Shown here: piece after piece, positions 1 through 15,726 of the stretch
Numbering within the stretch: position 1 is the stretch's first letter
How the letters are laid out: each line of letters starts with the position of its first letter
NCBI RefSeq assembly: GCF_009914755.1
Contig: NC_060936.1
From: the human T2T-CHM13v2.0 reference genome, Homo sapiens
Strand: one strand, 5' to 3'
DNA length: 64,000 nucleotides
Position numbers and translations under genes: made by a program
Notes under the pieces: model-generated
What the model was told of the DNA's origin: nothing
Database searches by the model: none
What the model saw: the letters and a program-made list of their open reading frames with translations, nothing else

Positions 1-500
1 CAGATCTCTAGAGCTTATTCATCTCACTTGACTAAAACATTATGCCTGTAGATTACTAACTCCCCATTGCTTCCTCCCCTCAGACCTGGCAACCACCATT
101 CCACTCTCTGAGTCTATGAATTTGACTACTCTAGGTACCTTGTATAAGTGAGATCATGCAGTATTTGCGTTTCTGTGACTGTTCTATTTCATGTAACATA
201 ATGTCCTAAACGTTCATCCATGTTATTCCACGTGGCAGGATTTCCTTTTTTGTTTGGTTTTTTAGAGACGGCGTCTCGCTACGCTGCCCAGGCTGGAGTG
301 CAGTAGCTATTAACAGGCGAGATCATAGCACACCATAGCCCCAAACTCCTGAGCTCAAGTGATCCTCCCAAGTAGCTGCAACTGCAAGCCCGTGCCACCC
401 TACCCATTTTGGGATTTCCTTCTTTTTCATGGCTGAATAATATTTTGTTGAATGTATATACCACATTTTCTTTACCCATTCATCAGTTGATGGACATTTT
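1..500 (-). mobile_element. Old L1 (L1MA/L1MB-like) 3' end fragment, interrupted by a FAM
   Basis: cctggcaaccaccattccactctctg...tctatgaatttgactactctaggtacc and gttcatccatgtt motifs typical of antisense L1M 3' UTR. Confidence 0.75.
248..405 (-). mobile_element. FAM (fossil Alu monomer)
   Basis: Reverse complement contains GCTATGATCTCGCCTGTTAATAGCTACTGCACTCCAGCC, the 7SL-like segment diagnostic of FAM; flanked by GGATTTCCTT at 238-247 and 412-421. Confidence 0.75.
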
Positions 501-568
501 TTAATTATTTGGTTTTTTAATTTATCTTTGTTAATTTCCCATGAACATACATTACTTAAAATTTTTTT

Positions 569-960
<392 letters not shown>

Positions 961-1164
961 TCAGTCTCAATCCCTGTGGCCTTCAATAAATCAACCCCTC
1001 GGCCTCAGCTTATCTTCCATGTAATCTAGAACACAGCTCACAAGATTAAGAGTATGATTATTTACCATATTACAGCTAATTCACAAATGGCCTTAAAATT
1101 CTCAAAGCATGTTGAATGCAACTCCTCCTTAGTCACCCAGCCCTAAGTTAATAATTAAGCACTT

Positions 1165-1462
1165 GGCCAGGCATGGTGGCTCACACCTGTAATCCCAGCA
1201 TTTTGGGAGGCTGAGGTGGGTGGATCACGAGGTCAGGAGATTGACACCATCCTGGCTAATGCAGTGAAACCCCGTCTCTACTAAAAATACAAAAAATTAG
1301 CCAGGCATGGTGGCAGGCGCCTGTAGTCCCAGCTATTCAGGAGGCTGAGGCAGAAGAATCGCTTGAACTCAGGAGGCAGGGATTGCAGTGAGCCGAGATT
1401 GTGCCACTGCACTCTGGCCAGATAGAGCGAGACTCCGTCTCAAAAAAAATAATAATAATAAT
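1165..1462 (+). mobile_element. Alu (AluSc-like)
   Basis: Full dimer flanked by ATAATTAAGC repeats (target-site duplication). Confidence 0.9.
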
Positions 1463-2159
1463 TAAGCCCCCTTAATTGGTGAATATGGAAATGTACAGAA
1501 CAGCGTCATAGGCACCACAGCACACAAAATTGACCCTGGCCTGATAATGGATTTCCTAAGTCACTTGCTCATGGAGCACTTCCACATCGAAAGTTAATTA
1601 GCCTAATGAGGGCAAGTGTGACTTCGTGAATGCCAGACTGACTTTCCGCTCTGAGCCAGCCACCCAGGCGGCTGCCCATGTCATCCTCCTGGATTCATTT
1701 CCTGGAGCACCAAAGAGGCGGACCAAGGGGACAGAACTACAGGAGGCTATGTGTCTCGTGCCTTCCCTACCACTATCTGTTAGGAGTCAGCACACATTCT
1801 GAAGGCCACCAAGAGCCAGGACACATACCTGCCACCTTTTCCTGGAGCTGGCCCCAGAACCTCTTCAGGAAAGGGGGCCCTCTGGCAGATAGAATCACAG
1901 GTGAGCCCCTCTGGCTCCTTCCAGATCATGGAAGGCCGAGGTGGGCAGAAGAAGGCTGTGCCCTACCAACCCTCATACTCATGACTGATGAATACCTGCT
2001 CTGTGCCTGACCAGGACAACAGCAGCTCATGAGTGTACTTGACAGCTCATAAAGCCACCCTCCCAGCCAGTCTCTCTGAATCCACACAGCAGCCTTGAGG
2101 GACCACTGCTACTGTTACCAGGTGGGTATTGGAACCAAGGCACAGAAAGGTGCTCTCGT

Positions 2160-2497
<338 letters not shown>

Positions 2498-2619
2498 TCA
2501 GTGGTCACTTACCTTGGAAATGGGACAACTGATGTCTCTGGGTCCCTAAACCCTCCTAGTTCAGTTGTCTTTTGTTGTTCCTCATCCAGAGGCAAACCAA
2601 AGTCAAAATTTCACTAGCC

Positions 2620-3755
<1,136 letters not shown>

Positions 3756-3767
3756 CAGACAATCGTT

Positions 3768-4065
<298 letters not shown>

Positions 4066-5689
4066 AACAGACAACTGCACATCTCTGCCTTCTTTCCTGC
4101 TCTGTCCAAAGCCTCACCTGGTGCCTCTCTTTTTCCACTGGGCTTCCAGAGACCCTTCCTGTCCTCTCCCACACACCACATCTGCTGGAATCTACTGCAT
4201 TTTCTCTCTGCATCTGAGGCCTTAACATGGCCAGAAGCTTAGAATCTTTCTGGGTTATTCTAAGCACCTAGGCAAGACTATAGTGAGAGTAGGAATAAAC
4301 TGGCAATCCACCACCTGGAGAGAAGGGAGGCCCAGCCCTGAGACCTCATTGTTTGCTTTCTGGGGAATCCCTGTCCATCCCAGAGGCCAAGTAGTCCACT
4401 TCTACTTTTCCAGGTATGACTTATTATCACCCCTTCCCCACAGACCACCTCCCCCAAGTTTTCTTTCATCCAGAGATTTAATTAAATCCCTCTTTCAAAT
4501 TTAGAACCAAGTTAGGCAACCTGAGGAAACCTAAAAAGGGATAACTCAGTGTCCCCTGGCACCCCACAGGCTGGCTGGGACACCCAGGTCCTGGGAGCTA
4601 AATCAAGAGGACAGCAACGCAGGTCTGACTCTAGATGGTCTGAGAAGTTCAAGGGATGTGTCTCTATCTAGATCAAGAACCAGGTTCAGCTGCTCTGAAC
4701 ATGCCCCCTTAGGCCCCCGGGGAACGCAGGCCCTATAACTCCTGCTAAGGGGACCTGAGTCAGAGGTTCCCACACTGGGACCACCTGCATCACCTCTTAA
4801 TCCTCTTAGCCCAGTGGCCACAGGCCCTTCTGCTCCTTCAGCCCAGAACAGCCCAGAGACAGCAAGGAAAGTGGGCACCCCCAGAGGACACAGCCACCAG
4901 TTCCAGCCTCCTCCTCCCCAACCTGGCTTCCTGTTGCCCTATTCATGAGGTCAGCTCTGGGCCCCTGCTCCTTCTTTAATGAGTCAGAGAACAAGGAAAA
5001 GAGCAAAAATGAGCAGGCTCAGGGAAAGATGGAGACTAAGCTGGCTCTGGCTGGAGGTGAGCGAGGCCCCTCCTCCAGGACAAGCCGCTAGGAACTGTGC
5101 TCTTTTTAAAAAAATCCCCTGCCCCACCCCCTAACAGAAAGGAGGCCATAAACAGGGATCTGCTTGACCAGCTGTCACCCAGCCAGTCTGAACGTTGTTC
5201 TCCCTTAAAGGGAGAAAAAGGCACTGACTCTCAAGTAAGACTCCTAAACCCCCCAGGACCACACCCCAGAGGCCTAGCTAGACCCCACTCCTGCTCTCTA
5301 ACCTCCAGCCTACAGGTGCATGGCTGGACAACTTCACAAGTAGGTCCAAATTTGGCCTCAAAGTCACATAGACAGATGTGATCCCAGAGCATGTAATCCT
5401 GTCTTGGTGAATCTGCTCTAAGTCCATGCATCCCTTTGGCCTCTTTGAAAAGGAAAAGCTACAGAACAAACAGAAGAGGAATTCTGTTTTCCTCTTGGAA
5501 AAAAGAAAAGGGAAAAAAAAAAACCCCATACAAACCCAAATTGAAAGGTACTTTGTACTGCTTAGACTCAACTAGATCAGGAAATACTGATGGATTTTTT
5601 AAAACAACAGCACAGGCTGTGTAACAGAACATGACCAAACACAAGCATGAACATGAGGGATCAGGTCTAGAGTCCAGCCAGCAGTTAAC

Positions 5690-5860
5690 TCCCTGTGTGG
5701 TGAGGCCTAAGTCATGACATCTCTGAGTCTTAGGGTCCCCATCTGTGAGACACAAAAAATGAAAGCACTGAGGGCCATACCATGACTTCTCTGAGCCTCA
5801 GTTTCCTCACCTGTAAAATGGGCACAGCAACATTTGTGAGAGTCCTGTGAAGCACAATGG
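5690..5860 (+). mobile_element. MIR fragments
   Basis: ctctgagcctcagtttcctcacctgtaaaatggg MIR core. Confidence 0.7.
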
Positions 5861-6088
5861 GCAGAAGTATGCCATGCACTGCGGTGTCTTAGACAAAAGG
5901 TGGGTAAGCGGGAAAGGCCCCTCCCCTCTGCACCTCCAGCCACTGCCTCTGCAAGAACAATCCACAGACGCTGGATCACTACCATGCCACTGGGCCTGGC
6001 ACCAGCAACTCAAACACAAATAGCTAAGATCCCCCCAGCCTGAGAAGCAGCTGGGATACGCCAGGGATGCCTCTGGTTTGGAGGCTTC

Positions 6089-6145
6089 CCTGGAGAAAGA
6101 AGAGCAGCCGTCTCCTGGAGAGGGAAGAGCAGCCGTCTCCTGGAG
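6089..6145. repeat. 25-bp tandem duplication, ~2.3 copies
   Basis: cctggagaaagaagagcagccgtct / cctggagagggaagagcagccgtct / cctggag. Confidence 0.85.
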
Positions 6146-8518
6146 CAGGAATCTTAAGCACCAGAAAAGCCCATAACACAGAGTCGACGAGGCTGGGTAT
6201 GGTATAGGAGCCACTGGCCTGAACCCTGCAAGCACCAGTCCTGCAGCTCCCAGGCCACCAAGACAAACCTGAGTGAGCTGCACGTCCCAGATTTTATGAG
6301 CCGGCCTCCAGCTCACTAGCTGTGTCCTTGAGTCTTAATCCCGCTCCACTGCCAACACCCCACACCCAGCCCTGTGATCTCAGGGTTTCAGGGAAATGGA
6401 AAGTCATTCCCCTTTGTGGAAAGGTCAAACCCTTGGACTCGGTTTTTTCCAGTGCTCCTTCTGGCTCTCCTATTTGTTTGATTCTAAATTCCTTTATCCC
6501 CCCTGCTGGAAAGTCAGACAGAACATTCCTCAGGAAAGAGAACTTTTAGTGGGGGTGTGGTGGGGAGGAATAATTGAAGTAAAATGAAAAATGGGTGAAA
6601 TCAGGTACTATAAAATCTTGGTATTCAAAGAGTGCACGACAAATTGCACCGGTCAGCAGTCACTACCGTGAACTCACAATGCTCTGGTGAGTCACCCAAG
6701 GCTGGGAACTGAAGTCAAACTAATACTCTCTATCACAGTACAGGACAGGAGCTCAGCTGCATACTAATGGCAAGAATCCGCTAAATGCATCCCTTGCTAC
6801 TCCCAGCAGCAAATGCATAAGCTATTTCACACTCAAATATAAATTAGTGAGCTATTTTCCTTGCTGGGTTAATACAAATCGTGCTCTGGACCAATTAAGT
6901 AAGCCACTTCAAAACTTTGCTTCAGCGTATTGGAAAATGTCCCGCTTAGGGGAAGAATGAAGTCTCGAGTGATGCATGCCCAACTGATGGCGAAATAGGT
7001 GAGAGTGCTTTCAGAATTCTTGAGGATTTTGTTATTAATGGTGTTTTAGTGTTGGGTTCTTAAACACATCAAACAAATTTCCTTTAAACTAGTAGTTCCT
7101 GACTGCCATGGGGAAGGCTGCAGGCCTCCCACCTCCCAGATGGTTCAACCACAATAAACGTTTGGCCTGTCAGATGCACAACACTGATGAACTAATTGAA
7201 ATATGCTGCAACAAGCAAACCCAAAATAAATGTAAAATAATTGTTTCCTTACACGATAACCCGCTGAAGTGCCTCCACGTCTGGCCACCCCTGCTGATTG
7301 AATGTTCCCCCTGCTCCGTGAGCCTCACTTATGTGTGGTTTTCAAAGGATTTAAATGCTTTTTTCCAGTGTGATTACCCACATGGGAAAAATTCTAATTG
7401 CAAAAAATGTTGAGTTTTTCTCCCTCTTATGAAAAAAAAAAAAAAGCAAGTGAAAAGTCAACTGTTATAAAGTACCAAGGAAAGCACTTAAATGGGCCCT
7501 TCAGTGTGAGAGGAAGAATGTCCTCCTGTTCTCCAGAGCACCGTCGCCAAGCCAGTGTTAAGCACGCATCCACACCTGTGGGGAAGCCCTGCCTCTCAGA
7601 CAACCTCACGCCACTGATGAAAGCTGGGAATAGCCACCTATTTCTACCCTGACACACCCATCCCTATCCCCCTCCCCCCTCCCTCGATCCCTCCCTCCAA
7701 GGGGCTGTCTAGAGAGACAGCAGAGGGTGGAGCCAGCAGCACCCATAACAAGCTCTCCCACTGGCTCACCACCTCATGCAGGACACTGGTGCCCAGTGAG
7801 CCCTCCCTAGGGGGCTGGGAAGCCCAAGGGCCTGATTCTAATCCCAGGAGGACAACAGAAGCAAAGTGCACAGCCCTGCTCCACAGCACAGCCTGTGAGT
7901 CAGACTTGGAAGGGAAGCCCCCCAGCTGCCAAAAGAGAAAATTCAGGCCCTCCCCAGGAGCCACCTCTCAAAAGGGGAAATAAACAGCTCTGCAGAGGAG
8001 AAACAGTAATAATCCGTATGACGTACGTACGAACTCTTAAGAGGGCACACAACAGGCAAAAGACTTGGGAAAGCTTCCTCTGAGAGAGCCCAGGCATAAG
8101 AAGGCCACAATTTGAGGCATGGGGGCCCCAGGAACCCCCCATCTTGGCCTGAAACACCTCCGTAAGAGGATTATTCCTTTGGGAGAAGGATTGGTCTCAG
8201 CTCCTAAGAAAGGCCAAGTCTATTGCAGGGCTGCCGCCAGAACCCACTGCATGAAAGTACAGGGTCCCTCCTACCTGTAGACTTGAGCAGAGAGAGATGG
8301 GCACCATTCTGCTGGCAGCAGCCCTTCTAGAAGAAGCTACAGCAGGGCTGAGGGAGGACAGCTTGTCTTTCTGTAGCACCTAAGACAAGCAAACACAAGA
8401 ATCTGCCCACAGCCTCATCCCGCAGCTCCAGTCTTCATCCATTAAGTACCATCAGCATTGTGAGGTGCCCTGAGCTAGGCTGGATACACCGTGGGGGCTG
8501 ACATGATGCCAAAGGTGG

Positions 8519-9780
<1,262 letters not shown>

Positions 9781-10371
9781 GCATACATGTATGCATAGTC
9801 AGGATATACTTTCCTCAGACAGAGCTATTCCACCCTACATTCATGTGCTCCTAAGGCTGCAGGTTGGCATGTCCACACCCAATAGGGAGTTTGAGCTGTC
9901 AGCTTCTGCTCCAAGGCTGGAATCAGCCTTGAGGTCTCTTGGGTCCTGCTGCTGCTCTGATAACACTCTGCCTTTTCCCTGGACCCATGACTCCCGCTGA
10001 CGTCCCTGATCATGACCTCTGATCTTTCTGACTAGCCAGGTCTTAATAAGACCCCTTTCCACAATAGAGATAAGGGACTTCAGAGGCAATGGCACTCAAG
10101 GAAAAGCTTTATGAAGAATGGGGAACTTCAACAAGGAGAGTGTGAAACTGATTTTTCCATGCTCTCTCTCCAAGGTTGTCTTGGGTTTTTGATTTGTCTG
10201 TTACCGGAAACCTGCCTGTTGGTTAATCTCCTTTGTGTCCTCTAGCAAGGGCAGTTGTTAATATAAGTAATTTGGCCAGCCACAATGGCTCACACCTCAA
10301 GAGGACTGCTTGAACCTGGGAGTTCCAGACCAGTCTGGGCAACATAGCAAGACGTCGTCTCTACTAAAAAT

Positions 10372-11159
<788 letters not shown>

Positions 11160-11863
11160 TTAAAAAATACAATAAAAGTTTAAAAAAAAAAAAGAGTAAG
11201 CAAATGCCAGCCTGCCCCTCCTAACAGCACTCGTCGTGTCTTTGACCATAAATGTTTAGCAGAGGTTTGTCCTGGTGTTGCTAGGTTGGGCGTGAGGAGG
11301 TCAATGCTCCATACTCATTTCACAGGAAACAAGGACCCATGTACAGGGCTGTCACTTTTAAAAAAGAGCATTAAACCGGTAATCAGGGACTTGGGTTCCA
11401 GGCTAGAAGAGAGGTCTTGTGCAAATCACTTCTATTCTGCCAGCCTCTGCCTCTCATCCTCAACAGGGTGCAGGCCCTCCCAGCTCCAGTCTTCTGGGAC
11501 CCTCCATCAAAGATACAGAGGATTTGAAAAAGGCATCACCAGGTTCCCCACTTTAATATCTGGACCAATTCTCTCCTTTCCCACCAGAAGACCTGTTCTG
11601 CAGGGCCATTGTGATGACCAGAGATTTTAGACTCTAAGTCCTACACACCTTTACAGTTGCTGTGGACTATCAAAACTACCCATTCTTCAAGCCCCCTTCA
11701 AGTCCCACTTCTTTCAGGAAGTCAACCCTGACTGCCTTACCCAGAAAGGGCATCTCCTCCTCTGAACTCTACCTTCAACAACTCTTATCACACATACCCT
11801 TTGTTCCCCATGGACTCATCTCCCTAACCACACTGTGAGTTAGTGTGTTAGGTACAATGTTAC

Positions 11864-12011
11864 CTTTTTATTTTTATTTATTTTTTCTTTTCTCACTCTG
11901 CTGCCCAGGCTGGAGTGCAGTGGCACAATCATAACTCACTGCAGCCTGAAACTCCTAGGCTAAAGGGATCCTCCCATCTCAGCTACAGGCGCACACCACC
12001 ACGCCCAGCTA
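11864..12011 (-). mobile_element. Alu monomer (AluJ/FRAM-like)
   Basis: Antisense monomer flanked by CAATGTTAC repeats. Confidence 0.75.
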
Positions 12012-12259
12012 GCAATGTTACTTACTATATTTAATTCACTTATCCATACAGTTTTCCAGAAGCCTTTTGTGATGACTTTATAAAGAATATATATAGAGAG
12101 ATTTATACATAAACACACACACAGAAAAAGAGACAGTTCAGGAAAGCAGCAATAAATATGCTGATGTTGAGGGTAATATAGTTGCTAGACAGAATATCAC
12201 ATTGTGTGCTGAGCAGCCTGGAAGCCAAGGAGAAGAGGAGAAACATAATCAGTTGGAAA

Positions 12260-12450
12260 GACAGTGTGGTATAGAAAGAGCCACACATAGTGTGGCAAAG
12301 AAGCAGAACTGAGTGCAAATCCAGGGAAACTTGGGCAAGTTAGTTGACCTCTCTGTGTGTCTTAACTTCTTTCTCTGGGAAAAAGGGGAAGAATACAACC
12401 TACCCTGCACAGTGTGTCAGGGAGGCCCAAGCACACTGCATGGTGCATAG
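12260..12450 (+). mobile_element. MIR fragment
   Basis: cttgggcaagttagttgacctctctgtgtgtcttaacttctttctctg MIR core. Confidence 0.6.
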
Positions 12451-13239
12451 TATACAAACAAAACGTGTTTTCCTTCCCCACTTTCCTTTTCATTATCAAA
12501 GGAGAAAGCAACCTAGTTTCCTGCGGGAAGGCAAAGTTTGCCTGGCCCTAAATTCTAAAAGAAAATTTTAATATGGGTCACTGTAAGAAGCCTTTAGAAA
12601 GGGGAAAATGCCTCAGATTATGGTTTTAGAGTAAACCAGATGAGGATTTGCCATGGCTCTATTTGATAACATTCCAGGGTACCAGTAAAAGCTTAATAAA
12701 CATCAACCAAATGACCTACAGAGAAGCTGTGCAAAGACCACTTAGCCGCATCTGTGTTTGGAGGCAGGGAGTCCTGTTAAGCAGCTTTCAGGGTGACTAT
12801 CTGCAAAGGGATTGATCTCATCTAAGCGAAGTTGAGAACTGGCGTACAATGGCTCATTTTGGATTGACTCTGCGGTCATAAGCAGTGGCTCCTCCTGCCC
12901 ATGGCCAAAGACACTGGAGCAATACCACTACGCTTACATTAAAGAGCACACGGCCCTGGCATTTTTTCCAAAAACAGCAAGGCAGTGATCTCAAAGTACC
13001 AGACGTTTCCTCTGCTAATCTCTACAGATAACTGCACATCCTCTATGACTGGTCTTCTCGAAGACCAAGTTGGAAAGACTTTAACTAGATGGGCTGGTTA
13101 GGAGAGCATCTATCTGCTTGGTGTTAAAACAGGCCTCTAGACACGGAGGAAGGCAACGGGTCCCCATAACAGAGAATGTATAAGCAATCAACTCTGGACA
13201 AGAAGGGCTCTCAGTGGTGATCTAGGCCAACCCTCTCAC

Positions 13240-14300
13240 TATTTTCCTAAGTACCTTACTGTGCAGCAAAGCATTGGGGATGCAGAGAAACGTGATACAG
13301 CACTAACCGCCCAGGAGCTCACAGTCTAGTGGGGGGCACGTGTAAACAGATAAGGGCCATTCTGTGTGGCAAGCAAATCAGACTAGGGTGGTTCGAAAAT
13401 CAGAAGAGGGACCAATTCCACCTGCGAAGGCCAAGACTGGGTCTCAACCAGTGAAGAGTTGAAGGCACCTGGGGAGAGGGAGGGCATGGGAGCACCATGC
13501 CTTTGAAAGCCTCTAGGTAGCCTGAGAGGACTGCAGCTTAGGGTATGAATGAAATGGTAGGAGAGGAGGCAGAAAAGGTAGACAGGACCCAGATCCCAGG
13601 GGGCCTTAGATACGCAGAGGAATTCTTTCAGATTCCATAAGGTGCAACCAAAACCAAGAGAAACCAAGTGACTTAGTTAAGCTCCTGTAGCAAGTTATGG
13701 GAAAAGCCAGGCCTGGAACCCCAGTCTCTCGACTCCCGCAGTCCACTTCTCTCCCCTGCTGCCTCCCACGCCTGAGCAGCTGGGGAAGACCAGGAGAGAG
13801 AATGGCCCATTCAACACTCACTACCCAGAGAATCTGGAGTCTTTGCCTGGCCATCTTCAGGGCAGAGGATGTACTGTCCTGTTCACTTGGCAAGCCACTC
13901 CTTACAAGAAAAACAGCCCTTCCTAACTCATTGTGTTTCTCTCTGCAGTGGGAGAGGGCTGGAAGTCCATTCCAACCACAGAATACAGTCCCTTCATGGA
14001 AGGAAAGTAATTTAACAGCAACAGTCCAGGAATCAGACAAGCTATGGTCCCAGAGGCAAGCGTTGGAGGGGCCTTCTGCTCCACGGAGACACTGACTCCA
14101 CGCAGGGTACTGACCAGGGCAGGAGACCAGAGATGAATCAACTCCAGCCCGGGAGCTCACCGTCCAGCAGGGGAGATAAGGCAGATGGAAAAGTAACTAT
14201 AAAATAAGGCAGACGGTGATAAGAGTTACACAGGAGATACAGATAGCAGGCAGTGGGAGTTCAGAGCAGAGAGGAGTCTGGGGGATGGATGTTAGGGGAG
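13240..14300 (+). mobile_element. Degraded L2 fragments (with MIR pieces)
   Basis: caggagctcacagtctagtggggg (~13312) and ggagctcaccgtccagcaggggagataag (~14152) are L2 3' motifs. Confidence 0.5.
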
Positions 14301-15301
14301 ATTCAGATGAAGGGGAGCACTTACTGCCTTCCCTCCAGAAGTGGGGGGTCTATCCTAGCAGCTCTGGTCACTCCCAGGTGGAGGCCGGGGAGAGAGCTGG
14401 TTGTGGACAAAGACAGATGTTCCAGTGAGGTCTCCTTTGAAGAATCCCGACTCTGGGTGGGGGAGGCAGGTAGGCCGGGGTGTTTGGAGAGGCACCCAGC
14501 CCACACTTCAGTGGGAGGGAGAGGAGTGCAGGATGTCTCTGCAGGAGCAAGTCGGTGGAAAGGGGACAAGCCTGGAGGACTTGCCTTGAAATGACATTTG
14601 CACCGCGCGCACTATGTTCACCTGGAGTGGCCGTTTGGGATTTCTTGCGGGGAGGCAGTGCACACTGGGGCGGGGGACACTGAACTTTCCCTCTCCCCAA
14701 GGCCCCCCGATCAGCCCTGCCACGGATAAGAAAGGATTCGGGGTGGGAAGAAGACAGAGCCGGCACCCCATTACCACACGAAGGGGGCACTGAGGATGGA
14801 GACGGGCCACACCCCAACCCTGGGCCCCCGACAAGCAGAGGCCACGGCCCGGGCCTGGGGACGTTCAGCTGGAGGCGGGAAGCAGAGAAGGCGGGCCGGG
14901 GGCTCACCTCCGCTTCCTCCCGATAGCCCCTTCCTCGCCCTGGCACCGGCACTGCCCACGCCTGCCCCCCGACCGCTATGACACTTGTCCCTGGCGGGGG
15001 TCCCCCACGCGGTCGCGACCGACGGAAATTCGGAAATCAGCGTTTCGGGCACGGATCCAGGGCCGGCGACTCACTGAGGCCAGGCTCGGGCGGTCTCTCG
15101 AGCGGGGCTCCCGTACGCCACACCCTCCTCCCTGCCCGGGTCTCCGCTCCCTCCTCCAGCCCCCGGCGGGCTGGAGGCTCGGCGGGCGGGCGGGCCGGGG
15201 CCTCTCTGGGAGCCGCCGCCCAGATCCCCAGGTCCCCGGCCAGCGCCCGGCACTGCGGGACTCACCGCGGGCCTGCGGAGCGGCCGCCCGGACGCACTCA
15301 C

Positions 15302-15640
15302 CCCGCTCGGCGCGGCCGCGGGCTCTGTCCTCTTCGGGGCCCCGGCTGGGCCGCCGCCACCTCACGCCGCCTCACGGGGAGCGCCCGCCCCGCGGCCCCG
15401 GCCCGGCCGGCTGCGCCCCGCGCGCCCCCGCCGCCTGCTGGCCCCGGGCGAGCGGCAGAGCCCCGGCGGGCATTGCTCCCGAGCGTCGCAGGCGGGCGGC
15501 GGCGGCGCACGTGCTGGCGGGCGGCTCTCGCTGAGGCGGCCGCGAGCTGAGAAGGAAGCGCCGGGCGGGCGGCCGGGGCCGGCTGGACAGCTCTACGCCG
15601 CGGCGCCGCGGTGCCCCGCGCACCCCAGCGGCCGCTGCTG
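15302..15640 (-). other. PITPNM2: Putative non-coding first exon of PITPNM2 (start site approximate)
   Basis: Donor GGG|GTGAGT with exon end 15302 and an alternative GCG|GTGAGT at 15266, within the CpG-island core. Confidence 0.55.
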
Positions 15641-15708
15641 CCCGCGCGCGCCGGGCCGGGCTCGCATTCCCTCAGTGGCGGCGGCGCCTCCTCAGGCCGC
15701 GCGGGGGA

Positions 15709-15726
15709 GCGGCGGCGGCGGCGGCG
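15709..15726 (+). repeat. (GCG)6 trinucleotide repeat in the promoter
   Basis: gcggcggcggcggcggcg read directly. Confidence 0.9.

Noticed and set aside
248-405. Possible 7SL RNA gene or pseudogene
   Set aside because: It lacks the central S domain of 7SL and fits a FAM monomer better
6089-6145. Direct repeats (also 28197-28273, 28721-28740, 51139-51180) considered as CRISPR-like arrays
   Set aside because: Only about two copies each, no series of unique spacers, no cas genes and a eukaryotic context; ordinary local duplications
5807-6316. 169-aa minus-strand ORF
   Set aside because: Non-ATG start, runs through a tandem duplication into a MIR, and has no recognisable homology
13383-14160. 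Overlapping 94-184 aa ORFs
   Set aside because: They overlap L2/MIR remnants and show no recognisable domain or exon structure
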